A stretch of DNA of 33,188 bases. Source: Tepidisphaeraceae bacterium. GTDB taxonomy: Bacteria > Planctomycetota > Phycisphaerae > Tepidisphaerales > Tepidisphaeraceae. A program made the translations under genes and the position numbers. Below are positions 24,031 through 32,791 of the stretch, one piece after another. The DNA is taken from NCBI GenBank assembly GCA_036265245.1, contig DATAPK010000624.1:1-33188 (forward strand), given 5' to 3'. The notes beneath the pieces are model-generated. The model saw nothing but the letters and a program-made list of their open reading frames with translations. It had not been told where the DNA came from and made no database searches. Each line of letters opens with the position of its first letter. Positions within the stretch are counted from its first letter, which is position 1.

Positions 24031-25503
24031 ATGATCCCGCCGCCGATGCGACGATATGTTTTTCTCATCCTCTTTCTGTTTGTGTTGGTCACGCCTTTCG
24101 CGTTGCGGAGGCTTTATGGCACGGCGAAGGAAGCGAATTCGAGCGGACGGGAATTGGTGATACTTTCATCGCACGTTGAAGGCATCCGCCGCGAGTTTGC
24201 TGAGGCGTTTTGCCGATGGCACGAGCAGAACTTTGGCCAGCCAGTTAATGTCGTTTATCTGAACTACGGCGGCTCGGCGGATATTCTCAAATACTTTCGC
24301 AATTCCGAGCAGACGATTTTCAAATCGTTCGGCACTTACAAAATCGATCTAGTTTGGGGCGGCGGCGATTATCTTTTTGAGAACCAGCTCAAATATTTTG
24401 TCGACGAGAATAAAGTGCGCCGCCCGGGGTGTCTGGAATCGATCAAGCTGCCGGATGAGACGATGCGATTTGCGTTCCCGAAGCCGATGCTCAACGGCAT
24501 CCAGCTTTATGACACGCACGACAACACGTGGTTCGGCACGGCGTTGTCGTCGTTCGGGATTTGCTACAACAAGGATGTTTGCCGCACGCTCGGCGTGGAT
24601 GAACCGAAGACGTGGGGCGACCTGAGCGATGCGAGGTGGTCGCGCTGGGTGGTGATGGCCGACCCGAGCAGCAGCACGTCGGCGGGGACCGCATTCATGA
24701 TCGTTGTGGAGCGTGCGATGCTCGACGCCAAAGCGCAGGGCCGCAGCGAAGATCAAGGGTGGGCCGAGGGAATGGGGCGCGTGCGGTTGATTGCTTCAAA
24801 CGCGAAGATGTTTACCGATTCCGCCGCGGTGGTTCCCAGTTTGATCGGCGCGGGCGACGCCGGGGCGGGGATGGTCATCGACTTTTATGGACGAAGCCAG
24901 GTTGAAGCGGTGGGATCGAATCGCATGGGTTATCTCGAACCCGCCGGCGCCACCGCGATCAATCCTGATCCGATCGCCATGGTGCGCGGCGCCGAGCATC
25001 GCGAATTGGCGATGCGTTTCATTGAGTTCGTCCTCAGTGAGCAGGGGCAGAAATTATGGAACACCCGCGCCGGCGCGCCGGGCGGGCCGAGCAAAACATC
25101 GCTTCGCCGGCTCCCGATCGCGCCGTCGGTTTACAACGATCGGAGCAATTTCACCGATCCCGTTGATCCCTTCACGGGCAATCTGGCCTTCGACACCAGC
25201 AACGCGCGGCGAAAAACGTTCCCGATCCTCGGCGAGCTGATCCGCATGAGTTGCATCGATCTGCTGGACGATTTGCGTGAAACGCGGGCAGAGATTGATC
25301 GCGCCGGCCGAAAAGATTTGGAGGCGAAGCTCGGAATGTTTCCGTTCGATCAGGCTGAAGCATTGCGGCGGTTATCCGCGTGGTCGAGAGCGACGCCGCT
25401 CGAACGAATCGCCTTGGAACAAAAATGGAAGGCGGAGTTTCGAGAGGAATATCGGCGATTGCGTGAAGAGGCGGAGAAAGGAGAAATGGCCAAGGACCCA
25501 TGA
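24031..25503 (+). CDS. ABC transporter extracellular solute-binding protein (Fe3+/polyamine-type family)
   Basis: The first ATG is 24031 (MIPPPMRRYVFLILFLFVLVTPFAL); the track start at 24016 is a TTG. At ~490 aa it has SBP_bac-like patterns: VVYLNYGGSADI, DLVWGGGDY, FGICYNKD, GYLEPAGATAINPDPIAMV. It is followed by a cognate-type permease. Confidence 0.75.
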   Translation: MIPPPMRRYVFLILFLFVLVTPFALRRLYGTAKEANSSGRELVILSSHVEGIRREFAEAFCRWHEQNFGQPVNVVYLNYGGSADILKYFRNSEQTIFKSFGTYKIDLVWGGGDYLFENQLKYFVDENKVRRPGCLESIKLPDETMRFAFPKPMLNGIQLYDTHDNTWFGTALSSFGICYNKDVCRTLGVDEPKTWGDLSDARWSRWVVMADPSSSTSAGTAFMIVVERAMLDAKAQGRSEDQGWAEGMGRVRLIASNAKMFTDSAAVVPSLIGAGDAGAGMVIDFYGRSQVEAVGSNRMGYLEPAGATAINPDPIAMVRGAEHRELAMRFIEFVLSEQGQKLWNTRAGAPGGPSKTSLRRLPIAPSVYNDRSNFTDPVDPFTGNLAFDTSNARRKTFPILGELIRMSCIDLLDDLRETRAEIDRAGRKDLEAKLGMFPFDQAEALRRLSAWSRATPLERIALEQKWKAEFREEYRRLREEAEKGEMAKDP

Positions 25504-25507
25504 ACAA

Positions 25508-25585
25508 CGAAATCCCAATGACCGAATCCCAACATTTGGGGTTTTTGAGATTTGGTCATTTGCTGGTCATTGGCCCCTGGTCATT
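25508..25585. repeat. Palindromic intergenic repeat, family A copy 3 (shorter)
   Basis: cgaaatcccaatgaccgaatcccaaca pairs with tttggggtttttgagatttggtcatttgctggtcattggcccctggtcatt. It lies between the solute-binding protein stop (25503) and the permease ATG (25599). Confidence 0.7.
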
Positions 25586-25598
25586 CAAATTTTGCACC

Positions 25599-27344
25599 AT
25601 GTTAAGACTTCGCCAGATCGTCTTCTTCGTCCTTTCCCTCGCTGTCTTCGCCGCGTTTCTTGGCTGGCCGATCGTGCAGGTGGTGCGCGTCGGCTTTCAG
25701 GGGATCTCAACCGACGGCAAATCCGGGTCGTTCACGCTCGCTTATATCGCGGCGGTTTTTCAGGATCAGAATCTACGTCAGGGCCTTTTCAACAGTTTCA
25801 CTATCGCGGTATTGGTGACGCTCGTTTGCACGCTGATTTCAGTGCCGCTGGCGTTGATCGCCGTGCGGTATGAATTTCGTGGCAAGGGGTTGGTCAATTC
25901 GCTTCTGCTTGTTCCGCTGATTTTGCCGCCATTTGTCGGCGCGATCGGGATGCGGCAAATCCTTGGACGCTTTGGCGTGCTTACGAGCGTGATGCAAAGC
26001 GCGGGGCTGGTCGCGCATGGACATCCGGTGGACTGGATGGGCATCAATCGGCTGCTTGGCATCGTGCTGGTCGAATCGCTGAGTCTGTATCCGATCCTCT
26101 TTCTCAATCTTTCCGCAGCGCTGGCCAACCTCGATCCTGCGATGGAGCAGGCGGCGGCTAATCTTGGCGCCAATCGCTGGACGATTTTCAGGCGGATCAC
26201 TTTGCCGCTCATGCGCCCCGGATTATTCGCCGGCGGAACGATCGTGCTGATCTGGAGCTTCACCGAGCTCGGCACGCCGCTCATGTTTGATTATTACGAT
26301 GTGACGCCGGTGCAGATTTTCCATCGCCTCAATCAGGTTGCCGGCAACCCGATGCCTTACGCGCTGGTCGTCGTCATGTTGCTCGGCAGCACGCTGTTGT
26401 ATGTCATTGGCAAATTGGTTCTTGGCCAGCGGCACGATGCCAGTGTCACCAAAGCTTCCATACAATCGACCGCAAAGACGCTGAGGGGTATCAAAGCTTT
26501 CACCGCACTCTTGCCGTTTCTTCTTGTCATCGGCCTGGCGTTGCTGCCGCATATTGGCGTGATTTTGACCAGCGTTAGCGGCATCGGGCAGTGGTACGAT
26601 TCCGCCCTGCCGCGCGTTTTCACGCTTGCCCATTACAAAACCAGTCTCAGCCACGAGCTGACGATTCCCTCGGTCGGCAACAGCGTTAAGTTCGCCAGCT
26701 TTTCGGTGGCGATCGATCTGGTGCTAGGCCTGATGATCGCGCAGCTCATCGTGCGCTCGAATCTCCCGCGCGTGCTGCGGCAATTGATCGATGCGATGTC
26801 GATGATTCCGCTGGCCGTGCCGGGCCTGGTGCTGGCGTTCGGATATATCGCGATAAGCCTGCAACTTCAGACGATCTTCAAGGATTATAAGCGGGTGCGC
26901 GATCTGGTGGATGTGACTGAAAATCCGACGCTTCTGCTGGTGATCGCCTACGCAATCCGGCGGTTGCCTTATGTCGTCCGCAGCGCCGTTGCGGGTTTGG
27001 AGCAAACACCAATCGATCTCGAACTCGCGGCGCGGAACCTGGGCGCATCCAGCTTCCTGACGATGCGCCGAATCACCTTGCCGCTGATCGGCGCCAGCCT
27101 GATCGCCGGCGGCCTGCTCGCGTTCGCGTTCGCGATGCTCGAGGTAAGCGATTCGCTGATCCTCGCCCAACGCCAGCAATATTTCCCGATCACCAAGGCG
27201 ATCTACGAGCTCTTCCAGCGGTTGGGCGACGGGCCTTATATCGCGAGCGCGTTAGGCGTCTGGGCGATGGTGCTGCTGATGCTGACGGTGCTGTCGGCCA
27301 GCTCGCTGTTGGGGAAGCGGATGGGGGCGATATTTCGGGTATAA
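25599..27344 (+). CDS. ABC transporter permease with duplicated transmembrane domain (FbpB/ThiP-like double permease)
   Basis: The start is taken at ATG 25599 (MLRLRQIVFFVLSLAVFAAFLGWP); the track start at 25500 reads through the family A repeat. About 581 aa with two BPD_transp_1-type halves. Each half carries an EAA-like loop (MEQAAANLGANRWTIFRRITLPLMRPG and LELAARNLGASSFLTMRRITLPLIGAS). Confidence 0.85.
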   Translation: MLRLRQIVFFVLSLAVFAAFLGWPIVQVVRVGFQGISTDGKSGSFTLAYIAAVFQDQNLRQGLFNSFTIAVLVTLVCTLISVPLALIAVRYEFRGKGLVNSLLLVPLILPPFVGAIGMRQILGRFGVLTSVMQSAGLVAHGHPVDWMGINRLLGIVLVESLSLYPILFLNLSAALANLDPAMEQAAANLGANRWTIFRRITLPLMRPGLFAGGTIVLIWSFTELGTPLMFDYYDVTPVQIFHRLNQVAGNPMPYALVVVMLLGSTLLYVIGKLVLGQRHDASVTKASIQSTAKTLRGIKAFTALLPFLLVIGLALLPHIGVILTSVSGIGQWYDSALPRVFTLAHYKTSLSHELTIPSVGNSVKFASFSVAIDLVLGLMIAQLIVRSNLPRVLRQLIDAMSMIPLAVPGLVLAFGYIAISLQLQTIFKDYKRVRDLVDVTENPTLLLVIAYAIRRLPYVVRSAVAGLEQTPIDLELAARNLGASSFLTMRRITLPLIGASLIAGGLLAFAFAMLEVSDSLILAQRQQYFPITKAIYELFQRLGDGPYIASALGVWAMVLLMLTVLSASSLLGKRMGAIFRV

Positions 27345-27415
27345 GTGAGTAAGCGACATAAAGCGGTGTCGTTGGAATGATGCCCACATAATGCATAGGC
27401 AGCCATGGTCGAGAG

Positions 27416-28006
27416 ATGAACAAGATTCTCCACCAGATGATCGAAGTTGAACAATCAGGCCGCGAAGCGGTTGATGCTCTCGCGGCGCAACGCGCAGCCG
27501 AAAACCCTCTAACTCGAGATTGTGCTGTCTGTCAGTCCTGTGGAAGGAGTGCGTCATCAGCCGATCTCTGGAGCGCGACTTGGAGTTATTATTATTTTCC
27601 CAATCGTGCGGTCGGAGCGTTGATTACGCTTGCTGCTGCCACGGGCATCGCGTTTGTCCATCATTACATGCGACAGGCACGACATCAGACATACCATGTC
27701 ATTTGTAATCGTTGTTCATCATCGGTTCGGCGGAATCGAATCATCGGCGGTTTGCTTCGCTTTGTCGGCCTATTCATCGCGATATGCGGATTGGGGATGA
27801 GCTTGGCAGGTATTTGTTGGTGGGCCATTGCGAACGCCCATGACCGTCAAATGATTCAAACGTGGATCGCAGTTCCTGTTGGCGGATTGGTGCTTGGCTC
27901 GGTTCTGGCTCACTTGGCGACAGGCGTGGGTACGCCATCGATGCTTCGGCCCATCCAGCAACGTCCGTTTATTTTAACTTCATTCAAGCACGTGGGCGGT
28001 GCATAA
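27416..28006 (+). CDS. Hypothetical membrane protein with split Cys-rich (CxxC ... CxxC) element
   Basis: 196-aa ORF with ATG at 27416. It contains CAVCQSC and VICNRCSS pairs and 3-4 hydrophobic helices. It is more AT-rich than the flanks. No family recognised. Confidence 0.5.
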   Translation: MNKILHQMIEVEQSGREAVDALAAQRAAENPLTRDCAVCQSCGRSASSADLWSATWSYYYFPNRAVGALITLAAATGIAFVHHYMRQARHQTYHVICNRCSSSVRRNRIIGGLLRFVGLFIAICGLGMSLAGICWWAIANAHDRQMIQTWIAVPVGGLVLGSVLAHLATGVGTPSMLRPIQQRPFILTSFKHVGGA

Positions 28007-28250
28007 ACCCTCTCACTTCGAACTTTAAACTGGGTTCACTTTGGAGAAGCGGATGAGCGCCGATATTCAGGGTGCAAATTCATTTTGGCGAGGCGAACGT
28101 CCTGATTATCCGATCCGCAGCAACTAACAAAATAAAGAGGATGTAACAGGCTTGAATCCGACGGGGCATGAACGCGCATTTCACCACCCTGATTGCTGTG
28201 TCGTTGGGATGAATGTGGAAGTGTCTCTCAACACTTTCGCCGGTATTCCC

Positions 28251-28565
28251 GCGCGGATCGGGCGCGCTGCGCATCGAATCGCACTCGTGCCGCAGAGGAA
28301 CGGATTGCGCCCCGCGTGGTGGGTGTTCCGTGTACAGCGCGTGAGACATCGTTCCAAGTGCTTGTCACGCCGTGCAGAGCGCTCCTGACCCCCGGCGCAG
28401 CGAATGGGAGCGCGCCCGCAGCGCACTGCGCGCCTGCGATTCAAAGCGGACGCGTTCCGCTTCACTCCGCATGCGCGCCGCTTCGGTCCGCACACAATAA
28501 AGGAGCCAACGTGCGCAGCGTGCGGAGGAGCGCGGCGAATGCACAGCGACGAGTGCTTTGAGGGT
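28251..28565. repeat. GC-rich degenerate array with 21-nt periodicity (array R), related to array L
   Basis: Exact 21-nt spacing holds across the array. 28272 catcgaat, 28293 cagagg, 28335 cagcgc, 28377 gagcgc, 28398 cagcga, 28419 cagcgc, 28440 ttcaaag, 28461 ttcactc, 28482 ttcggtc. By manual ungapped alignment, 28377-28487 matches the reverse complement of 2488-2598 at 90 of 111 positions. Confidence 0.7.
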
Positions 28566-28606
28566 TCTGGATTGGCAATCCACCCACAAAATGCGCAACA
28601 CCAAAC

Positions 28607-28966
28607 TTATTTTTCTGTGTCTTTGGGTCGAAACGCCAGCCGGGCCTGATCGACGTCGGGATAAATATCGACGAGCTTGGCGATTCGGGCGAGGGTGAGG
28701 GCTTTGATGACGAAGCTGTGGGGTGGAGCGGCGATTTTGACGTCGCCGCCGTGCTTGGCGAGCTTTTTGTGCAGGCGGACGAGCACGCCGATGCCGTAGC
28801 TGGAGATGTAATCGAGGTGCGAGCAATCAACGATGATCTTGCTCACGCCGGCGTCGACGAGTGACTCAAGCTGCTCGACGAACGGCTTGGCGGTTTCGCC
28901 ATTCAATCCGCCGTCGGCGCTGAGGATCATGACGGCCTTGTCGATCTCGTGAAAAAAGAATTCCAT
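28607..28966 (-). CDS. STAS-domain protein (anti-sigma-factor antagonist, SpoIIAA/RsbV-like)
   Basis: 119 aa. Typical STAS layout: LSADGGLNGETAKPFVEQLESLVDAGVSKIIVDCSHLDYISSYGIGVLVRLHKKL. No partner kinase or phosphatase lies in the window. Confidence 0.82.
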   Translation of the reverse strand: MEFFFHEIDKAVMILSADGGLNGETAKPFVEQLESLVDAGVSKIIVDCSHLDYISSYGIGVLVRLHKKLAKHGGDVKIAAPPHSFVIKALTLARIAKLVDIYPDVDQARLAFRPKDTEK

Positions 28967-29091
28967 GACGAATCTCCGGATGGGCGGCAGGATGATACCC
29001 GCGTGAGACGGGTTTGGGAGAGGCGGGCGATGGGGATTTGGAGTTTATTTGTGAATCGGGTGGTTGAAAATCAAGCAGTGGGCTAGTCGCC

Positions 29092-29370
29092 TCACGCTGC
29101 GATCGGCTTGATGCGTTTGATGCTGCCGCGTTTGACCTGGGCGAGTTCCCAGTTCTTCTGGAGGTTCAGCCAGAACTGCGGGCTCGCGCCAAGGGCGAGG
29201 GAGAGCTTGACGGCCATTTCGGCGCTGATGCCGCGTTTGCCTCGGCAGATTTCGTTGATGGTTTTGCTGAGAACGCCGATGTGCTGCGCCAGCGCGGATT
29301 GTGTGATATCGCGTTCTTCCAGTTCGTCAGCCAGCACTTTCCCGGGATGGATGGCAATTGTGTGTGTCAT
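29092..29370 (-). CDS. higA: HigA-family antitoxin (XRE-type HTH)
   Basis: MTHTIAIHPGKVLADELEERDITQSALAQHIGVLSKTINEICRGKRGISAEMAVKLSLALGASPQFWLNLQ is the classic HigA/VapI pattern. ATG 29370 has GGAG 6 nt upstream. ATG 29382 and the TTG at 29388 are alternative starts. Confidence 0.85.
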   Translation of the reverse strand: MTHTIAIHPGKVLADELEERDITQSALAQHIGVLSKTINEICRGKRGISAEMAVKLSLALGASPQFWLNLQKNWELAQVKRGSIKRIKPIAA

Positions 29371-29384
29371 TGGAAACTCCATGG

Positions 29385-29681
29385 TCAATGATAATCAACG
29401 ATCTCGACATCTTCCGCGCCCGAATTTAGCCATCTAAAGCAGATGCGATACCGATCATTCAGGCGAATGCTATGCTGATCGGCGCGATTACCCTTCAACT
29501 TTTCCAAGCGATTACCGGGCAAAGTTGACAAATCATTCAACGAATCCGTTGCGTGTAGGCGAGCCAGCTTGACCTGTGCTTTGCCGTGCAGCAATGCAGG
29601 TAATAATTTTATCGCGGCTTTTGTCGGGCGACCGTAGTTGATGTCCTCCGTCGCCTGATTCCGAAAGCTGCGGATCGCCAT
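29385..29681 (-). CDS. higB: HigB-like toxin (RelE/ParE superfamily, plasmid maintenance system killer type)
   Basis: 98 aa with ATG at 29681. Patterns: IRSFRNQATEDI, LLPALLHGKAQVKLARLHATDSLNDLSTLPGNRLEKLKGNRADQHSIRLNDRYRICF, VEIVDYH. Toxin-first order immediately upstream of higA is typical of HigBA. Confidence 0.85.
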   Translation of the reverse strand: MAIRSFRNQATEDINYGRPTKAAIKLLPALLHGKAQVKLARLHATDSLNDLSTLPGNRLEKLKGNRADQHSIRLNDRYRICFRWLNSGAEDVEIVDYH

Positions 29682-29726
29682 TTTGATAGATTATACCGAA
29701 TACCGGGATGGCGGTATAGAGAAAAA

Positions 29727-31046
29727 TTACCCGATCGCCACGTCCGTCTCATCCGCGTGGCGCAGAACCCACCAGAGAATCGCAATCGGCAGAATGCGTC
29801 CCAGCAGCATCGTCAGGGTCAGGACGCTCATGCCGGCCCCGACGATGCCGATGCGGTCGTGGGCCATGCCGACGTTGGCGGCGGCGCTGGTGGCGATGAA
29901 GAGGAGGCGGTCGGCGTCCAGGCCGGGCTCGGTGGAGAGCAGCAGCAGCAGGGAGATGAAAATCAGGGTGAGGAAGGCGAGCAGCCAGATGACGGCGATG
30001 CCGAAGATTCGGCCGGGATAGCGGCCCGCGAAGATGTCGCGCAGGCCGGTGAGAAGTTGGCCGACGGTGGTGACTTTCAGGCCGCCGCCCGTGCCGCCGG
30101 GGGCGGCGCCGATCAGCATCAGCAAGATCAGAATCCACTGCACATATCGCGGAAAATCAGCGGCGTATTCGATCGGCAACCCGGCGGAGCGCGCATTGAT
30201 CGCGGCGGCGGAACTGGAGGCGAGCGCGATTCGCGCATAATTTACATTAGTCGGCCAGCGCAGGATGAAGCAAAGCACCAGTCCGGCAAGATAAACGATC
30301 GCGGAAAGCTTCAGCACGGTGAACGTGTGATTTGAGAGAGCACGTTTTCGACGAACCGCATCGAACAAATCCATCAGGATTGGCAATCCAAAACCGCCGA
30401 GCACTGCCAGCGGCAGATAAATCAGATTCGTTCGCCCGCCCGTGAGCGTTGGTTCGGCACCCATCCACAGGCCGCTGTTTCCGAAGGCGCTGGCGGATCG
30501 AAGCAGCGTTCCGACGAGCGCGTGATGTGGATCGCGAGGATAAAGCGTCGCCAGCCCGATCAGCAAAACGATCGCTTGCGAAATCACCGAAGCGAGAACG
30601 ATCTGCCAGTCGCGGTAGGGGAGTCTGGCGATGCGCGAGACGGCGATCCCGCCGACGATCATGGCGAATTGCGTTCCGCCGACCGTCAGCAGGAAAATCA
30701 TCCACTGGCCGGGCGGATTATATTGATCGATGCCCCACGAAGTTTGCTGGAATCCGGTGAGCGTGGCGGCGTTGACCACCGCGAACATCGCGCGGTCTTT
30801 GCTCATCATGTTTCCGGGCGGCAGTGTGCCTTCGGTGCGAAAGGTGATGAAGCCGATGAGAACGAGTGAGATAAACAGCCACGCCACGACGCCTGCGACG
30901 GCACTGGTCGGTGCGGGTTTTGGAAGCGGCACAACCTTGGCCATCATGACGCGCGCCTGGGGCATGCTCGGGGCGGAGTCTGTGGAGTTCCGTCCCGGTT
31001 GCTTCTGTTTGTTTTTGTTTCGCTTGGAAGCCAAGACGGGTGTCAC
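29727..31046 (-). CDS. TrkH/KtrB-family cation (K+) transporter membrane subunit
   Basis: 439 aa and multi-TM. Four pore-loop-like glycine motifs fall at the expected spacing: [37 protein letters not shown]. The GTG start at 31046 overlaps the hisI stop (GTGA). An alternative ATG lies at 30965. Confidence 0.8.
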   Translation of the reverse strand: MTPVLASKRNKNKQKQPGRNSTDSAPSMPQARVMMAKVVPLPKPAPTSAVAGVVAWLFISLVLIGFITFRTEGTLPPGNMMSKDRAMFAVVNAATLTGFQQTSWGIDQYNPPGQWMIFLLTVGGTQFAMIVGGIAVSRIARLPYRDWQIVLASVISQAIVLLIGLATLYPRDPHHALVGTLLRSASAFGNSGLWMGAEPTLTGGRTNLIYLPLAVLGGFGLPILMDLFDAVRRKRALSNHTFTVLKLSAIVYLAGLVLCFILRWPTNVNYARIALASSSAAAINARSAGLPIEYAADFPRYVQWILILLMLIGAAPGGTGGGLKVTTVGQLLTGLRDIFAGRYPGRIFGIAVIWLLAFLTLIFISLLLLLSTEPGLDADRLLFIATSAAANVGMAHDRIGIVGAGMSVLTLTMLLGRILPIAILWWVLRHADETDVAIG

Positions 31047-31432
31047 TTTTTATAGACTTTTTCCGGATCGAACATGCGCGTCGCATTGATCTTCCAGTCC
31101 TTCTTATCGGTTTCGTAATCGCGGAAGAAGCAGCTTTGATATCCCTCGTGGCATGCCGCCCCGATCTGCTCCACGCCTATCAGCAGCACATCGGCGTCGC
31201 AGTCGGTGGAGATCGATTTGACATGCTGCACGTGCCCGCTGCTTTCACCTTTCAGCCAGAGCTTGTTTCGGCTGCGACTGAAGAAATGGGTCTTCTTTGT
31301 TTCGAGAGTTTTTTCCAGCGACTGGCGATTCATCCAGGCCATCATCAAAACCTGCTGGGTTTTGTGATCCTGAATGATCGCCGGAATGAGTCCGGCGGAA
31401 TCAAATTTAAGCGTATCAAGCAGCGCGTTCAT
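31043..31432 (-). CDS. hisI: Phosphoribosyl-AMP cyclohydrolase
   Basis: 129 aa. Patterns: [80 protein letters not shown]. These are HisI signatures including the Cys metal ligands. Confidence 0.9.
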   Translation of the reverse strand: MNALLDTLKFDSAGLIPAIIQDHKTQQVLMMAWMNRQSLEKTLETKKTHFFSRSRNKLWLKGESSGHVQHVKSISTDCDADVLLIGVEQIGAACHEGYQSCFFRDYETDKKDWKINATRMFDPEKVYKK

Positions 31433-31602
31433 GCGATTACTTCTCCGTGTTTATCTGTGATTTGTCAAACCTCGATTGTCTTGACTTGCGCGCCTGTTCC
31501 CCTAGGCTCTGTCAGAAGCCGCTTTGAAGCGGGGTTACAGGCGTTTCAGTCAGAGTATAGGATTGCTCCCGGCGTGAAGCTGCCACGAAGGAATGATGCA
31601 AA

Positions 31603-32787
31603 ATGGCAAAAAAAACGATTGCTGATGTCGATGTGAAGAACAAATGTGTGCTGATGCGGGCGGATTTTAACGTGCCGCTGGATGGGAGCCGGATTACAGA
31701 CGATCGGCGAATCGTGCAGGCGATGCCAACCATCAAAAGCATCATTGATCGTGGCGGAAAGCTGATTTTGATGTCGCATCTGGGACGTCCCAAGGGTGGG
31801 CCTGAGGCGAAGTATTCACTCAAGCCCGTGGCCGATCGTTTGAAAGAGTTGACCGGAGTAGATGTAAAATTTGCAGACGATTGCATCGGCCCGCAGGTGG
31901 AGCAGGCGGCGAATGATCTGAAAGACGGCCAGATTCTGCTGCTGGAAAATCTCCGCTTCCATAAAGAAGAGGAAAAGAATGATCCGAACTTCGCCAAGCA
32001 ACTCGCCAAGCTCGGCGATGTATATGTGAACGATGCATTCGGCACCGCCCATCGCGAGCACGCTTCGACATTTGGCGTGCCGCAGGCGATGCAGGGCAAG
32101 CCGCGGGTGATTGGTTTTCTGATTCAGAAGGAACTCAAATTTCTCGGCGACGCCGTCACCCATCCGCAGCGGCCCTTCGTGGCGATCCTCGGCGGCGCGA
32201 AAGTCTCCGACAAAATCCAGGTCATCCAGCAACTACTCAGCAAAGCCGACACGCTGCTGATCGGTGGGGCGATGGCGTACACGTTCTTCCTTGCTCAGGG
32301 CAAAGAAGTCGGCAAGAGCCTCGTCGAAAAAGACAAAGTCGAACTCGCGGCGAGCCTGCTTCAGCAGGCGGGAGGAAAAATCAAACTCCCCGTCGATACC
32401 GTGATCTCCGATAAGATGACCGACGACGCCGATACGACGGTTGTCGAAGGCAACATCCCCGCCGACATGGAAGGCTTCGACATCGGCCCGAAGACCTGCA
32501 AAATCTATCGCGACGAAATCGTCAAATCCAAAACGATCATCTGGAACGGCCCGATGGGCGTGTTCGAGAAAGAGCCGTTCGAGGACGGCACGCAAGCCAT
32601 CGCCGAGGCCGTCACGGAGGCGACTGAAAAGAACGGCGCCACCAGCATCATCGGCGGCGGCGACAGCGCGGCGGCCATCGAAAAGCTGGGATTAAGCGAC
32701 CAGGTCAGCCACGTCAGCACGGGCGGCGGGGCATCGCTGGAATTCCTGGAGAACGGGCATTTCAGCACGCTGGATATTCTGGATTAA
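31603..32787 (+). CDS. pgk: Phosphoglycerate kinase
   Basis: 394 aa. Patterns: VLMRADFNVPL, ITDDRRI, ILMSHLGRPKG, LLENLRFH, YVNDAFGTAHR, AILGGAKVSDKI, IWNGPMGVFE, IIGGGDS. These are canonical PGK motifs. Confidence 0.95.
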   Translation: MAKKTIADVDVKNKCVLMRADFNVPLDGSRITDDRRIVQAMPTIKSIIDRGGKLILMSHLGRPKGGPEAKYSLKPVADRLKELTGVDVKFADDCIGPQVEQAANDLKDGQILLLENLRFHKEEEKNDPNFAKQLAKLGDVYVNDAFGTAHREHASTFGVPQAMQGKPRVIGFLIQKELKFLGDAVTHPQRPFVAILGGAKVSDKIQVIQQLLSKADTLLIGGAMAYTFFLAQGKEVGKSLVEKDKVELAASLLQQAGGKIKLPVDTVISDKMTDDADTTVVEGNIPADMEGFDIGPKTCKIYRDEIVKSKTIIWNGPMGVFEKEPFEDGTQAIAEAVTEATEKNGATSIIGGGDSAAAIEKLGLSDQVSHVSTGGGASLEFLENGHFSTLDILD

Positions 32788-32791
32788 GTTC

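Noticed and set aside
28054-28128. 24-codon ORF (MSADIQGANSFWRGERPDYPIRSN) with an upstream GGAG
   Set aside because: It is too short, has no recognisable family, and lies in a region with many chance ORFs, so the evidence is insufficient.
2457-28602. Composite transposon or mobile island bounded by the inverted array copies
   Set aside because: No transposase, integrase, tRNA target or flanking direct repeats were seen. The interior is largely host-like metabolism with high GC, and the arms are only about 81% identical over ~110 nt. This is kept as a rearrangement hypothesis only.
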